Origin: a virus
Taxonomy: Duplodnaviria > Caudoviricetes
Direction: 5' to 3' (one strand)
Length of the DNA: 53,185 nucleotides
Virus record (IMG/VR): IMGVR_UViG_3300032770_000027
Location: 1-53,185 of that record
The position numbers and the translations under genes were made by a program. Positions 27,373-38,195 of this stretch are shown here, piece by piece (within the stretch, counting starts at the first letter, position 1; every line of letters starts with the position of its first letter). A model generated the notes under the pieces. That model was not told the DNA's origin. It saw nothing but the letters and a program-made list of their open reading frames with translations, and made no database searches.

Positions 27373-28422
27373 TCAAATAAGTGTTCCGATTCCTTGTTTT
27401 TCCAGACGCGCTGTTCCATAACAGTTCACCTGCCCCGGCGTTTGACTGTTCGGAAATTTATTTCGTAACTCCAAATTCAATTCATGCACCGCCTTGATTT
27501 CCAATTCCTCCGCATGCTTCGTATTTCCGGCTTCGTCCTCCTTGATCGACATGATCATATCCTTCAACGCCTGTAAATTGTCGATCAGAACGATGTCGGT
27601 ATCCGCCATGACAGGAACAAATTCCAATTTTACAAGCGCCTGAATGCTTCGCAGCCCGCCACATGCGTTTTGACAGTTCGGTGGTGTGGGAGGATTAAAC
27701 CCGATCACGCGACTGATCTTCGAATGACGATACATTGGCGTGGTTTCAGTCGGCTCATGAACGACCAGATCGTCAATCAATCCTGTGGTTGAATCCAACT
27801 GGAAATAACGAACCACTCCCTGTGTCACTGTTTTAGTGATCCGGTCAATGCGCTGAAACTGATTCACCGTTTGAACAAATGGAACCGCAAGTGTTACAGT
27901 TTCTCCTTCCTGAATTATTCCACTTGCCGTCTGCGTTCTCACCGTCTGACCATTTGCGTCAATTCCGAAAATTGTGACAGTCGCACCAACATCCTGTTGC
28001 ACGGAAGGGAAAACCTGAATCGCTCGTGCGGTCCCACAGGGGATTTTGTTAAACACCGGAGTAACCCCGTCATTCAATGCAACAATGCTGCCGGTGCAGC
28101 TCCCGTTAGGAGAAAAGGCAAATGCTCCATCACACCAATTGGGGTTGGACATCGGAAGGAAAGACCACCAGTTGTTCCAAGTTGGAATCGGATTATTGCA
28201 CACGCTGATTGCCAGCGGCGTGCCCACGTAACGTGGCCAGACAATACAGCCGCTCCTTGTGCAAACCTGAACCCGTTGAACCGTTCCCCAAAAACTGCCA
28301 CGCCGCATCAGCATTTCGGTGGCATCGTTGACGAGACTCAGAAACTCGTTGCTGTCAGCGCACGACTGTGAGATTTGCAGCAGCCGGCTGTTTTTCGCAT
28401 CGAGTAACGTTGTAAGCGGCAT
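27373..28422 (-). CDS. Head-tail adaptor / tail tubular A-like protein
   Basis: Start MPLTTL at 28422; helical ends flanking a beta core; podovirus gene order. Confidence 0.5.
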   Translation of the reverse strand: MPLTTLLDAKNSRLLQISQSCADSNEFLSLVNDATEMLMRRGSFWGTVQRVQVCTRSGCIVWPRYVGTPLAISVCNNPIPTWNNWWSFLPMSNPNWCDGAFAFSPNGSCTGSIVALNDGVTPVFNKIPCGTARAIQVFPSVQQDVGATVTIFGIDANGQTVRTQTASGIIQEGETVTLAVPFVQTVNQFQRIDRITKTVTQGVVRYFQLDSTTGLIDDLVVHEPTETTPMYRHSKISRVIGFNPPTPPNCQNACGGLRSIQALVKLEFVPVMADTDIVLIDNLQALKDMIMSIKEDEAGNTKHAEELEIKAVHELNLELRNKFPNSQTPGQVNCYGTARLEKQGIGTLI

Positions 28423-28456
28423 AACTGTGGATAGTCTGTTTATTTCATTTTGGCAA

Positions 28457-29584
28457 TTACGATCCGCAGCTTTGAGTGCCAGCTCCGGTTGTCCCGGCAA
28501 CCAGAACAACAACCAAAGAAGCCGGACCGGGGCTTGAACCACTGACCTGATTGTAAACCCCGGTCGGATCATTACCACCCTGCTTAAACCCCTGCCATAT
28601 TTCTCCGTCTCCTACAATATGGATAAACCACTGAGAATGACCGTCAACACAACCGTCAAATTCGAGCTGCACGGGACACGCACACTGTCCATTAACATTC
28701 ACTGCCGAAGTCGAAGCAAACCATGTTTTGCTTGCATCGTCGAAAAATACGAAGATCCCATCCCATTCCGCCGGAGGAGAACAATCTGATCCGGTGTTGT
28801 TTGTAAACATGCTGGCATTGTAACCTGAAATGCCGTATTTATTATCACCGATTGTCCCGAAATCACTACACACGCTGTCCGAACACTGCGCTTCAGCAGC
28901 AGCAAGAGCTTGCGCATCGGCATCAGCCTGAGAAACCTGACTGAAATACATAAACGCTGGAATGTCTATAACCGGACTTCCTCCCGGACAGGTAAAAGTC
29001 ACTTCAACGTTCCAGAAACCACAAACCGCCTTGCCTTGGGCCATCAAGTTGGCCAAAGTGTTCTGCAATAATGTTAACGCCTTCTGATTCGCGTCTGCTT
29101 CCGAAGCCGTCGAGAACACCACACCGGGCTGAATAACAAGCTGTCCGGCTATCAGCGAAACGCCGGCAGGCAACTGTGGGTTACCAATAAGGTTGATCAA
29201 TATCCCGCCCGGACACGTGATTGTTTCAACTCCGTTGAAAAACGGAGGGGCTGGATTCAGATTTCGGCATTGACCAAACTGGACAGCAGCCGCATTAACC
29301 ATATCCTGAGCAACCACAGCAATTTGATCTGATGTCATCCCATCAATATCCACCACGATCTCACACAAACAGCCCAAAAGTCTCAAAGGTGAAATGGGAT
29401 TACTCGACACGACGAACTGAATTGTTCCACGTGGAACAATGTAAACTCCCGGAGGAACACTAATGGCCACAGGAGTTTCTGGATTTTCGAACAGTGTCCC
29501 ATTATTAAGCGTATAGATGTCCACGTCATCTGGAATGGCGCAATCCAGCGTTCGGCAAGGTGGACAATTGATTGCTGTGGTCAT
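28457..29584 (-). CDS. Cys-rich tail protein with DUF5977-like motifs
   Basis: FSTASEADANQKAL and FSQVSQADADAQALAAA resemble the DUF5977 SxxSQxDAD motif. Confidence 0.55.
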   Translation of the reverse strand: MTTAINCPPCRTLDCAIPDDVDIYTLNNGTLFENPETPVAISVPPGVYIVPRGTIQFVVSSNPISPLRLLGCLCEIVVDIDGMTSDQIAVVAQDMVNAAAVQFGQCRNLNPAPPFFNGVETITCPGGILINLIGNPQLPAGVSLIAGQLVIQPGVVFSTASEADANQKALTLLQNTLANLMAQGKAVCGFWNVEVTFTCPGGSPVIDIPAFMYFSQVSQADADAQALAAAEAQCSDSVCSDFGTIGDNKYGISGYNASMFTNNTGSDCSPPAEWDGIFVFFDDASKTWFASTSAVNVNGQCACPVQLEFDGCVDGHSQWFIHIVGDGEIWQGFKQGGNDPTGVYNQVSGSSPGPASLVVVLVAGTTGAGTQSCGS

Positions 29585-32145
29585 GTTTTTGTCGGTTCAT
29601 CACCGCAAATTTGAGGAGCAACCTTTGGACGCGGTATTTCTGTAGCCTGAAATCGAGCGCGAACCATCCGGTAACTGCCTTGAATAATAAATCGCGCCTG
29701 AAACCAAAATCCCTCACGCCACGGCTTTCCGGTTGTCTCGTCGCACCCGTCAGCGGGCGGGCTTCCAAAACCCATAGGCTTGCGATACTGCGGCTGAAGA
29801 TTGGCCGACTGTGGAAGCGGAGAAAGCGGATTCGGCGCAGAAGCGCAAACTGACCAGTTATGCCAGTCGTGCCAGCATGGGTCCGAATCAGATCGAAATT
29901 GAACACGAAAATCGACACGGCCAACGAGCTGATCACACACCAGCTCACCATTGAGCAACCGCATGAACGGCGGGTTTACAACACTGGGATCTGGTTTGAA
30001 AAGTAATGGGGTTTCAAAAATTGAAACGATCGGAGTGACACCATTGTCAGCGGTGATCGTGGATGACTCCGGAAGAATTTCCCACAGCTCAATTTCACCA
30101 GCGTTCGCGCTGTAGCAAAACGCAAACGCCCGGCGCACGCCATTGAACATGCCCTGACGCATCCTGAAAATGTTCAATCCAGTCCACTGACTTTCCCAGC
30201 ATGAAGGACTTTTCCCGCGCAAGCTACTGATTGCATCGAGCTGAATCGATAAAAGACTTTTGTGATACACGCCCTGCGGTCCTTGTGTCGGCGTGGTAGC
30301 ATAAAGCCGGCGGTTGTCGAACTGGATGGACGAACCGTAAATCAGCAGAGTCTTGTCATCAGCGTTGAAAATCGGATCGACTTCATGACTGATCGGAGTG
30401 TTGCCCCATTCATTGAAATCGCGGCGAGCAAGCATAAGTGATCCGGCTCCAAACGTTGATCGAAACATGATGTCGCTGTTCGAATTGTCGGTGGAATCCT
30501 GACCAAGCGGACCGGGGGCAAGCATCGGTTCTGTTAAAATTGGATTTGTGATGTTGGCCCACACTTCACGAACAACCGGAGTGTTCACGCTGAAGAATCC
30601 ATTCGGAGTTCCAACCTGCAACGCGCCCTGACCAAGCGAAGCGTCAAGCACGGCGGAGAACGTCATTGACGTGATGCTGCCGGGATTTCCCGGAACAGTA
30701 AACGTTCCACCACCAGCCAAAAATAGATTTTCCGTCACTCTCAAAACGGAATCACGATTTTTCAGCGACGGCGTCCCGCTGGGACCGCCAACGATGTCTC
30801 CGCCGATAAATTCTCTACCGTCGGTAAGACTTATCCAGTTTCTCCCCATGCCGTATGCCCCCATCCGTCCCGTCGGAAGTTCCGGCATGGAAAACAAAAT
30901 GCCCGGACCAACTAAAGTCTGCCCCGCACCGGGCGGGCCGGGACCGCGAACGTTCTGATTTCCACCCGTTCCAACCGCATCATTGATGTTCACCACCGTT
31001 AATGTCAAACCCGGCGGTGGAACCGGTGTGCCAGTAATTGAATACTGTCCATTGCCGATAAAAATCACAGTGTTGGGCGTGCCGGTAAATGGAACATTCA
31101 TCTGCGCGTTGACCGTTGAACCAATCGCCGGAGCAGTAAACGACGCTGAAACAATCTGACCTAAAACAGTGTTGGGTGGAACAGATCCGACAAATGACAC
31201 CAACGATCCCGGATTGTAAGTAACACCACCATGAAAAGTGCTGACGTTTTTTACAAGGATTTCCTGAAACGGAACGCTCACCGCTGATATGTTCCACTGT
31301 GACGAATTTACCAAAACTTTCTTTCCAATCAAAGCCGCCGTAACCGGAGCACTCATGACCAGCGTGAGTGTCAGCGTGCCGGCTGCATACGTTCCTGCCG
31401 GTATTGGCTGAGTGTTGGTCATGTAACCAAGGTTGACCGGCTCGATGACGTATTGCTCTCCAATGTTGTGAACCGTTCCCGGAGTGTCATACAAGTTTTT
31501 TAGAATGACCTGATAACCGGACGGGTCCAGCTCTGTTTGATACGTCGCATTGTCGATGAAAATGGTGGCAGGAATCGGACCGGTGTAAGCAGCCGCCAAT
31601 GTGATTGTCACGGACTCACCAATTGCCGGAACCACAAAATCCGCCGACGCCACACCAAGCTGAACTGATTGGGTGTTGGAACGTCGGGAAACGGTTCCAT
31701 CGAAAAACACAGGAATGCTGGAACCGTCGTTCCAGATCACAAAGTTTTCAGACGGCCACATCCAAGCAATTGGAATGTCGGAAGGATTGGGATCACCGGG
31801 AATCGTCCGCTCGACAACCGTGGCGGTCGCGGTATTGGTGGCGGGAGTAAATTGAAAAAGCCGGCCACTGATTGCCGCCATCAATGTTTCAGATCCGGAA
31901 TTCGGGGCATAATAACACATTCCCTGAAACGTTCCGGACTGCACCGCATTTTGAACATCGGTGTTTCCACCGAAATTCAAATTGATTTTTTGGAATGGAG
32001 AACGTGGGGTTACAAATCCGCCACGGATGCTGATATTGATAGACTTTGTCAGGACATCCTTGGGAAGAATGTAAGGGTCATCACCAAGGTTAACGCCACC
32101 TTCAAAGGTGACAATTACGTCATTGTATTCCTGAGCATCAGCCAT
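29581..32145 (-). CDS. Tail nozzle / tubular B (stabilisation-like) protein
   Basis: 854 aa; N-terminal FEGGVN...NISIRGG and a beta-propeller-like body, as in podoviral nozzle proteins. Confidence 0.6.
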   Translation of the reverse strand: MADAQEYNDVIVTFEGGVNLGDDPYILPKDVLTKSINISIRGGFVTPRSPFQKINLNFGGNTDVQNAVQSGTFQGMCYYAPNSGSETLMAAISGRLFQFTPATNTATATVVERTIPGDPNPSDIPIAWMWPSENFVIWNDGSSIPVFFDGTVSRRSNTQSVQLGVASADFVVPAIGESVTITLAAAYTGPIPATIFIDNATYQTELDPSGYQVILKNLYDTPGTVHNIGEQYVIEPVNLGYMTNTQPIPAGTYAAGTLTLTLVMSAPVTAALIGKKVLVNSSQWNISAVSVPFQEILVKNVSTFHGGVTYNPGSLVSFVGSVPPNTVLGQIVSASFTAPAIGSTVNAQMNVPFTGTPNTVIFIGNGQYSITGTPVPPPGLTLTVVNINDAVGTGGNQNVRGPGPPGAGQTLVGPGILFSMPELPTGRMGAYGMGRNWISLTDGREFIGGDIVGGPSGTPSLKNRDSVLRVTENLFLAGGGTFTVPGNPGSITSMTFSAVLDASLGQGALQVGTPNGFFSVNTPVVREVWANITNPILTEPMLAPGPLGQDSTDNSNSDIMFRSTFGAGSLMLARRDFNEWGNTPISHEVDPIFNADDKTLLIYGSSIQFDNRRLYATTPTQGPQGVYHKSLLSIQLDAISSLRGKSPSCWESQWTGLNIFRMRQGMFNGVRRAFAFCYSANAGEIELWEILPESSTITADNGVTPIVSIFETPLLFKPDPSVVNPPFMRLLNGELVCDQLVGRVDFRVQFRSDSDPCWHDWHNWSVCASAPNPLSPLPQSANLQPQYRKPMGFGSPPADGCDETTGKPWREGFWFQARFIIQGSYRMVRARFQATEIPRPKVAPQICGDEPTKT

Positions 32146-32146
32146 T

Positions 32147-32932
32147 TTAGAACAGTTTGATGGCGAGTATGCTTGCCTCCACAACGTTCACACTGCCAGC
32201 ACCGGGAGCCGCCGAAACCGTTCCAAAAATTTCAATCTTGTCGTTCGCAGCAGCGGAGTAAACAACTGCCGGAAACGGAAAATCTGCAAAAGTTTGAGTG
32301 ATGGTGGTCGGCGTTCCGGTGGCAAGAGCAATGGTGGTGTTGGCCAGATCGGCGGGACCATTCGTGACTTCCCGCAACTTGACAGTGATCGTCTGATTGC
32401 CCGCAAACGTAGTCCCGACAAAATCAATTCTGAGTTTTGCGATCAAAAGATAACTGCCTTGAGCAAGCGTGACACTGTTGGTCAAAAGTTGAACTGAAGA
32501 ATTGGTGAGAGCTTGCGAGCCGCCAACCACATAACTGGAAATCGCTGGAAGCAATGACTGATTTGTGCCCTGCAATCCCGATGGCGTCACACCGGCACCG
32601 GCACCGATGACTGTGGTTGGTGCAACGTCCCCGGTGTAACCCAGAAATTTAACCGTCAAAGACGTGACGGTTGGAATCGCGGTGACCTGCCAGTTGGAAG
32701 GTCCGAAAATGAAAACATTTTCGCCAATGACCGCCCACGAAGAAATACCGACCGCAATGGTGACGGTATTTCCAATCGCGGGAACGGTGAAGTCTGACGT
32801 GGTGATCGTAAAAGCATTGATCCCGTTCGTCCCGTTCGCGCCATCATTTCCCTTGGCACCAGCAATGCCGGGAACGTTGACCAGTGTTGGTTGCGGGCAT
32901 GGTGTGCAGCATCCAATTACTGAATCACTCAT
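32147..32932 (-). CDS. Fibre-like protein with a short collagen-like segment
   Basis: GIAGAKGNDGANGTNG (G-X-Y) followed by beta-rich domains; start MSDSV at 32932. Confidence 0.6.
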   Translation of the reverse strand: MSDSVIGCCTPCPQPTLVNVPGIAGAKGNDGANGTNGINAFTITTSDFTVPAIGNTVTIAVGISSWAVIGENVFIFGPSNWQVTAIPTVTSLTVKFLGYTGDVAPTTVIGAGAGVTPSGLQGTNQSLLPAISSYVVGGSQALTNSSVQLLTNSVTLAQGSYLLIAKLRIDFVGTTFAGNQTITVKLREVTNGPADLANTTIALATGTPTTITQTFADFPFPAVVYSAAANDKIEIFGTVSAAPGAGSVNVVEASILAIKLF

Positions 32933-32979
32933 ATTGATCTGGAATTTCTCTCCGACAGGTTCTAAAGTCAATTACTCCG

Positions 32980-34761
32980 ATGATCAAATATGGAATGGAT
33001 TTCGGTCCGAATGCCACCGACCTTCAGGTCGAAATGGAAATGATCCGGCGGGGTGGCAAAATTGGGTTGAATGGCAACGGACTATCCTACCACTACGAAC
33101 AGATGCGTAAAATCATCTGGCCGGAACTGGATGAGCATCGCTGGCACAACCTGTGCCGGGACGAAATCCTGAAAAACAAGGTCACTGTATTGATGGGTCC
33201 GGGTTCCTGCGGGAAAACCCACGAGGCGGCATGGATTTACCTGTGTGAATACTGGTGCTTTCCGGAAGAAACCTGTGTCTTGGTTTCGAGCACTCACATG
33301 CAGGGACTGCGTCTGCGCGTCTGGGGAGAGATCACCATGCTGTGGCAAAAGGGGCTGGATCGCTTTCCTGAGCTGTCTGGGCATCTTTTAGACGCAAAGG
33401 TGGCCATTACCACTGACGACATCGAGGATGGGGATTTCAACGAGCGGCGGGCGCGAGATCTGCGGAAAGGGATTGTCGGGATTCCGTGTGTTCAGGGTGG
33501 AAAATTTGTCGGGTTGTCGAAATACATGGGGATTAAACAGAAAAGGATGCGGTTAATCGCGGACGAAGCCAGCGCCATGGGAGAATCATTCCTGTCAGCC
33601 TTCTCAAACCTCAATAAAAACGAGGATTTTCGAGCCATAATTCTCGGCAATCCGAACGATCCCCTCGACCCGCTTGGAAAGGCAGCCGAACCAATCGACG
33701 GATGGGGTTCTCATTTGGAACCGTCAAAAACTGATGTTTGGAAAACCCGATTCATGAACGGAACCTGCGTCAATTTGATCGGCACAGACAGCCCCAACTT
33801 TGATTTTCCGCCAGACCAACCAACCCGTTACAAATATCTGATAAGCCGGGAAAAAATAGCTGAAACACTGTCCTTTTTTGCCAAGGATTCAACCGAGTAT
33901 TACAGCCAATGTGTCGGGGTTATGAAAATCGGCTTGTTGGCAAAACGCGTCCTCACCCGGGAAATATGCCGACAATTCAAAGCGACTGACGAAGTTGTGT
34001 GGCAAGGATCGGACCGGGTCAAAATCGCGGGGCTGGACGCATCCTACGGTGGAGACCGATGCGCGTTAAGCCATGCAGAATTTGGAAAAGAAAATCAGAC
34101 CGGCAACATCGTCGTGGCGCTTCATCCGATCACCATTGTTCCTGTGAAGCCTTCCAGTGACAAAATCCCGGAGGATCAGATTGCGGAGTTCTGTCGGAAT
34201 TACTGCAATCAGCATGGGATTCCTGCTGAAAACTTTTTTCATGATTCCACCGGTCGAGGAACTCTTGGCACGTCATTAGCCCGTATCTGGTCGTCAGCAT
34301 GCAATCCAGTGGAATTTGGCGGTTCACCGACTGAGCGTCCTGTTTCATTAAACCTTTACATATATGACGAGAAGGAACAGCGCAAGCGCCTCAAAAAGTG
34401 CAAGGAGCACTACAGCAAATTTGTTACAGAGCTGTGGTATCAAGTGAGGTATTGCGTAGAGGGTTCGCAACTTCGCGGGTTGCCGGAGGATGCCATGGAT
34501 GAGTTTTGCCTGCGGAACTGGGACTACGTCAGTGGAAATAAAATTGAGGTTGAACCCAAAAGTGACATGAAGGAACGCACCGGTCGCAGTCCTGACCTTG
34601 CTGATTGCATTACAATCATCCTTGAAGGCTGCCGCCGGAAGGGATTTCAGCTTCAGAAACTCGGGAGCGATGAAAAGGAGGAGGAAAACAAGTCGTGGAT
34701 GGAAACGCTTTATCGCAAACAACGAACACTTGCAGCACAACACCAGTTGACATACAAATGA
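32980..34761 (+). CDS. terL: Terminase large subunit
   Basis: Walker A GPGSCGKT, Walker B LIADEA, motif III LGNP, nuclease GLDASYGGD and SPDLAD. Confidence 0.92.
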   Translation: MIKYGMDFGPNATDLQVEMEMIRRGGKIGLNGNGLSYHYEQMRKIIWPELDEHRWHNLCRDEILKNKVTVLMGPGSCGKTHEAAWIYLCEYWCFPEETCVLVSSTHMQGLRLRVWGEITMLWQKGLDRFPELSGHLLDAKVAITTDDIEDGDFNERRARDLRKGIVGIPCVQGGKFVGLSKYMGIKQKRMRLIADEASAMGESFLSAFSNLNKNEDFRAIILGNPNDPLDPLGKAAEPIDGWGSHLEPSKTDVWKTRFMNGTCVNLIGTDSPNFDFPPDQPTRYKYLISREKIAETLSFFAKDSTEYYSQCVGVMKIGLLAKRVLTREICRQFKATDEVVWQGSDRVKIAGLDASYGGDRCALSHAEFGKENQTGNIVVALHPITIVPVKPSSDKIPEDQIAEFCRNYCNQHGIPAENFFHDSTGRGTLGTSLARIWSSACNPVEFGGSPTERPVSLNLYIYDEKEQRKRLKKCKEHYSKFVTELWYQVRYCVEGSQLRGLPEDAMDEFCLRNWDYVSGNKIEVEPKSDMKERTGRSPDLADCITIILEGCRRKGFQLQKLGSDEKEEENKSWMETLYRKQRTLAAQHQLTYK

Positions 34762-34764
34762 ACC

Positions 34765-35478
34765 ATGAGCCTGCGATTACGATCACGAACAACGCTTCCT
34801 CCGAACGGAATTCTTTACACCCAGAAAGAAACGGGATGGGTAAGTCACGTCGCCAATCCCAATTCGCAATGGGACTTCAAGCTCTGCGCCCGGGAAATCC
34901 AGCGCCACCGCCTCTCAAACCCGGGCCTGTTCGCCAGACTGGGGATTTCCACAGATCTGGGAGCCATCGAGGACGAGCTGGACAGAACCAACGCACTGCG
35001 CGTGTCGGCAATCCCGAACGCGGATATTTATTTGATGCAGGGAGGCGCACCGCCCCCAAAACAGTTAGCCCCTCCCAGCCAAAAGCGACTGGCTGCTGTG
35101 GCAGGGGCGGTTAAAAAAATACAAGCCGGTGTCGATCTGCTGCTGGACTGGGAAGAATCCGGAGAATCGCCCGTTGCACCCGATTTGTCGGCACGTCGCG
35201 CCACAATTTGTGCCACGTGCCCTAAAAACGGAAGGTCGGCACTTACTGAATGGTTTACTGTTCCGGCGTCCGAACTGATCAAGCGCCGGATCGCACGACT
35301 TAACGATCTGAAACTTTCCACTCCATCCGATGGTCAGATCAACATTTGCACGGCCTGTCTCTGCCCGCTCAAATTAAAAGTTCACACACCGATTCATATT
35401 GTGTTGAAACACCTGCTTCCAGAAGCTAAAGCTGATCTTGATCCGCGTTGCTGGATCTTGAATGAAGCCAAATCTTAA
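34765..35478 (+). CDS. Hypothetical protein with Zn-binding Cys clusters
   Basis: RRATICATCPKN...CTACLCPLKLKVH...CWI; directly after terL. Confidence 0.7.
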   Translation: MSLRLRSRTTLPPNGILYTQKETGWVSHVANPNSQWDFKLCAREIQRHRLSNPGLFARLGISTDLGAIEDELDRTNALRVSAIPNADIYLMQGGAPPPKQLAPPSQKRLAAVAGAVKKIQAGVDLLLDWEESGESPVAPDLSARRATICATCPKNGRSALTEWFTVPASELIKRRIARLNDLKLSTPSDGQINICTACLCPLKLKVHTPIHIVLKHLLPEAKADLDPRCWILNEAKS

Positions 35479-36847
35479 ATCGGTCACGCTGGTCTGCATT
35501 GACACGACCAATAAAGTCCATCTGGCGGAACGGGCGCTGGAAAAATCCTTGGAACAGGCGGACTTCACTGCGGTCAAATTATTGACTGATGATACAACCC
35601 GAAAGTGGGCTGTAAAAATTCCGAAGATAAACGGATTGGAAGGTTACTCCAACTTCATCGTCCGCGAACTTCACAAATATATCAGCAGCACGCATTGTCT
35701 GGTTGTTCAGTATGACGGATACGTTCTGAACGGTGCGGCGTGGACTGACGATTTCCTGAAATTCGACTACATCGGAGCGCCGAGCTGGGGAATGAACATG
35801 GCTGTTGGGAATGGTGGATTTTCACTGCGATCACTTCGATTACTGACCGTCGGGGCCACACATGCACTTGGAGAAAATTGCCATCCCGAAGATGCGTGGC
35901 TCTGCTTCCGGCACAAGCACGCACTGGAAGCAAAAAACATCCAGTTCGCTCCGCCACTATTTGCCAAACAGTTCAGCTTCGAAGGGCGCAGTTACGACGG
36001 TCATGGGTGGCACGGCACGCCAAATCAGTATTGCGGTTCGTTTGGTTTCCATTCATGGCTGACCCCGCTTCCGGAAACGATGGACAAACCGATGATTTTT
36101 CACCATACAGGAGATACCGGCGACATCATCTATTCCCTGCCGGTTATGAAGGCGCTTGGCGGTGGCGTCCTGTTTATTTCCCCGGATAGCCGCTACCCGT
36201 ATCCCCGCCCGTGCCGGGTCACACCCACCGCCGAAACGGTAAACAACATCGCGTGCCTGACCAACCAGCAGGACTACGTCTGGAACACGCTCTGGACGCA
36301 CGGCCTGCCATTTTCCACCGATGTTGATTTCAACATGTTTCGGGATTGTTACCGCGTGCCCGGACTGGATCATTGGGCCAGTCTATTTTCACTTCATCAA
36401 AAACCGTTTGGGGTGACGTGGCCGGAAGATAAACCGTGGCTGGACGTGGATGCGGCAATAAAAATCCCGGGTCGTGACATCGTCGTTAACCGGACGGAAA
36501 GATTTCACAACGAATTTTTCCCATGGGCACAGCTCGTGATAAAGCATGGTCACCGCATGGTGTTTATTGGATCTCCTGAAGAGTATCAAACATTTCGCGG
36601 GTTTGGACTGCCGCAAATCGACATCCCCTATCAGCCAACGCCAACACTTCTGGAAGTAGCCCGGTTCATCAAGGGAGCAAAAGTATTCGTGGGCAACCAA
36701 TCAGCACCGATGGCCATCGCTCTCGGACTGGGAGTCAACATTGTGCAGGAAACTTGGCCCGGAAATCCTAACTGCCGGCTCAAGCGCGATAACGCCATCT
36801 ACTGCTCAACAGACAAAACAGAAATACCGGACTCGTGGTTAAAATGA
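35462..36847 (+). CDS. DUF5672 + GT9 (heptosyltransferase-like) fusion glycosyltransferase
   Basis: N-half QYDGYV...FDYIGAP...VGNGGFSLRS...PED...FGFH (DUF5672); C-half GDTGDIIYSLP and LLEVARFIKGAKVFVGNQSAPMAIA (GT9-like). Confidence 0.8.
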   Translation: MKPNLKSVTLVCIDTTNKVHLAERALEKSLEQADFTAVKLLTDDTTRKWAVKIPKINGLEGYSNFIVRELHKYISSTHCLVVQYDGYVLNGAAWTDDFLKFDYIGAPSWGMNMAVGNGGFSLRSLRLLTVGATHALGENCHPEDAWLCFRHKHALEAKNIQFAPPLFAKQFSFEGRSYDGHGWHGTPNQYCGSFGFHSWLTPLPETMDKPMIFHHTGDTGDIIYSLPVMKALGGGVLFISPDSRYPYPRPCRVTPTAETVNNIACLTNQQDYVWNTLWTHGLPFSTDVDFNMFRDCYRVPGLDHWASLFSLHQKPFGVTWPEDKPWLDVDAAIKIPGRDIVVNRTERFHNEFFPWAQLVIKHGHRMVFIGSPEEYQTFRGFGLPQIDIPYQPTPTLLEVARFIKGAKVFVGNQSAPMAIALGLGVNIVQETWPGNPNCRLKRDNAIYCSTDKTEIPDSWLK

Positions 36848-37443
36848 CTACCCGTATTTTGGTTCCGTTTTCCCGGCCACACCTTCTTCCAGAATTAATT
36901 GATTTGTGGGAGAAGGAGCGCGGCAAGCAGGTTGCATTTGTTCCAATACACCATGAACCAATTGGTATAAGACACGAGTTAGACTCGACCATCTACCCAT
37001 TTTTTTGTGATCCGGTCCCGGAAAACTGGAACGCCATGTATTGGAAACTGAATTATCTTCTTGATCAACTGCCAATCTGTAACGAAGATCGCTATGGATT
37101 TCTGTGTGATGACGATGCTTACGAGCCGGGATTTTTCGACAAGCTCAACAGGTTGGACGACGACGTAATTATTGTCTCAATGAAGCGCGGGAATCGGTGT
37201 CCGCCCGGTGGTAATGGACACCCGCCAACCACGCTGATTGCACAGAAGGAAAATATAAAAATCGGCTCAGTTGGAATGGAACAACTTTTTATCCGTGGAA
37301 AGCTGCTCAAGAATTACCGGTTCAAAAACTTTGCCGAAGCCGATGGTGATCTGATTTGCCGGGTTGTAAACGATCACAAACCGAAATATCTGGCCAATGC
37401 TTTCATATACTTCAATTACTTTGAACCCGGTCGGTGGAGTTGA
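36844..37443 (+). CDS. GT-A fold (GT2-like) glycosyltransferase
   Basis: ILVPFSR at the start, FLCDDD (DxD) and ADGDL motifs. Confidence 0.7.
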   Translation: MTTRILVPFSRPHLLPELIDLWEKERGKQVAFVPIHHEPIGIRHELDSTIYPFFCDPVPENWNAMYWKLNYLLDQLPICNEDRYGFLCDDDAYEPGFFDKLNRLDDDVIIVSMKRGNRCPPGGNGHPPTTLIAQKENIKIGSVGMEQLFIRGKLLKNYRFKNFAEADGDLICRVVNDHKPKYLANAFIYFNYFEPGRWS

Positions 37444-37447
37444 TCCC

Positions 37448-37645
37448 ATGATTACCAGTCTGTTTGTCGCAGTCCGGCTTTACGCGGTTTACAAAAATCA
37501 GATTGAAGATGCGATACGCTTCTGGAATGAATTAAGGGATGAAGCGCGAATTGAAGGCAATATTGAAAATATCCAGTTCTACAATGAACTTGCAAACGAA
37601 GCGTGGCGTCTTGGCCGGCGCTTGAGAGTCCCCGGAAGCCTGTGA
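37448..37645 (+). CDS. Hypothetical protein
   Basis: 65 aa from ATG at 37448. Confidence 0.5.
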   Translation: MITSLFVAVRLYAVYKNQIEDAIRFWNELRDEARIEGNIENIQFYNELANEAWRLGRRLRVPGSL

Positions 37646-37648
37646 ATA

Positions 37649-37966
37649 ATGCGATTCTCAATTTCCAAGGATGGAAAATGGACCGGAGACGTGACAACCA
37701 GTTCGCTTTCGATCGGTTTAAAACTGACACTTCCATGGTCGGACGACGATATTATCGTGAGCAAGATTTACATCGAGGAACGAGGATTTCCGACGCAGTT
37801 TATTGCCATCGACTTCATCGGTTACGGACGACAGGGAACACTCTACAGAGGATTCATCACCGACCCACTAAATCATGAAAATCAAATTCACACCACTCGG
37901 ACGAAGGATATTGATAAAACACGAATACAAAAACAAAACGGACAGCGGAGCGCTGCATCTGCCTGA
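37649..37966 (+). CDS. Hypothetical protein
   Basis: 105 aa; the 3' end overlaps groES. Confidence 0.45.
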   Translation: MRFSISKDGKWTGDVTTSSLSIGLKLTLPWSDDDIIVSKIYIEERGFPTQFIAIDFIGYGRQGTLYRGFITDPLNHENQIHTTRTKDIDKTRIQKQNGQRSAASA

Positions 37967-38195
37967 GACGGCGTCACAAAAAGCGATAGGAAGCCGGGTG
38001 ATTGACGTTGGCAACGAAATCAAAGCCACTTCTCCAATCCAAAAAGGGGTTCAGGTTTCAGTAAAGCCATACGCCGGACAGGAAATCGAGCTGAACGGTG
38101 AGCATTATTTTCTGGTCGATCCGGAAGATATTCTCGGCATCGTTGAACTGATCCCGGAAGAACCAAAATTGAGTATCGTGACGCCGGAAAAATGA
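37875..38195 (+). CDS. groES: Co-chaperonin GroES (Cpn10)
   Basis: FTPLGRRILIK...TDSGALHLP...VIDVG...YAGQEIELNGEHY...EDILGIV. Confidence 0.9.
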   Translation: MKIKFTPLGRRILIKHEYKNKTDSGALHLPETASQKAIGSRVIDVGNEIKATSPIQKGVQVSVKPYAGQEIELNGEHYFLVDPEDILGIVELIPEEPKLSIVTPEK

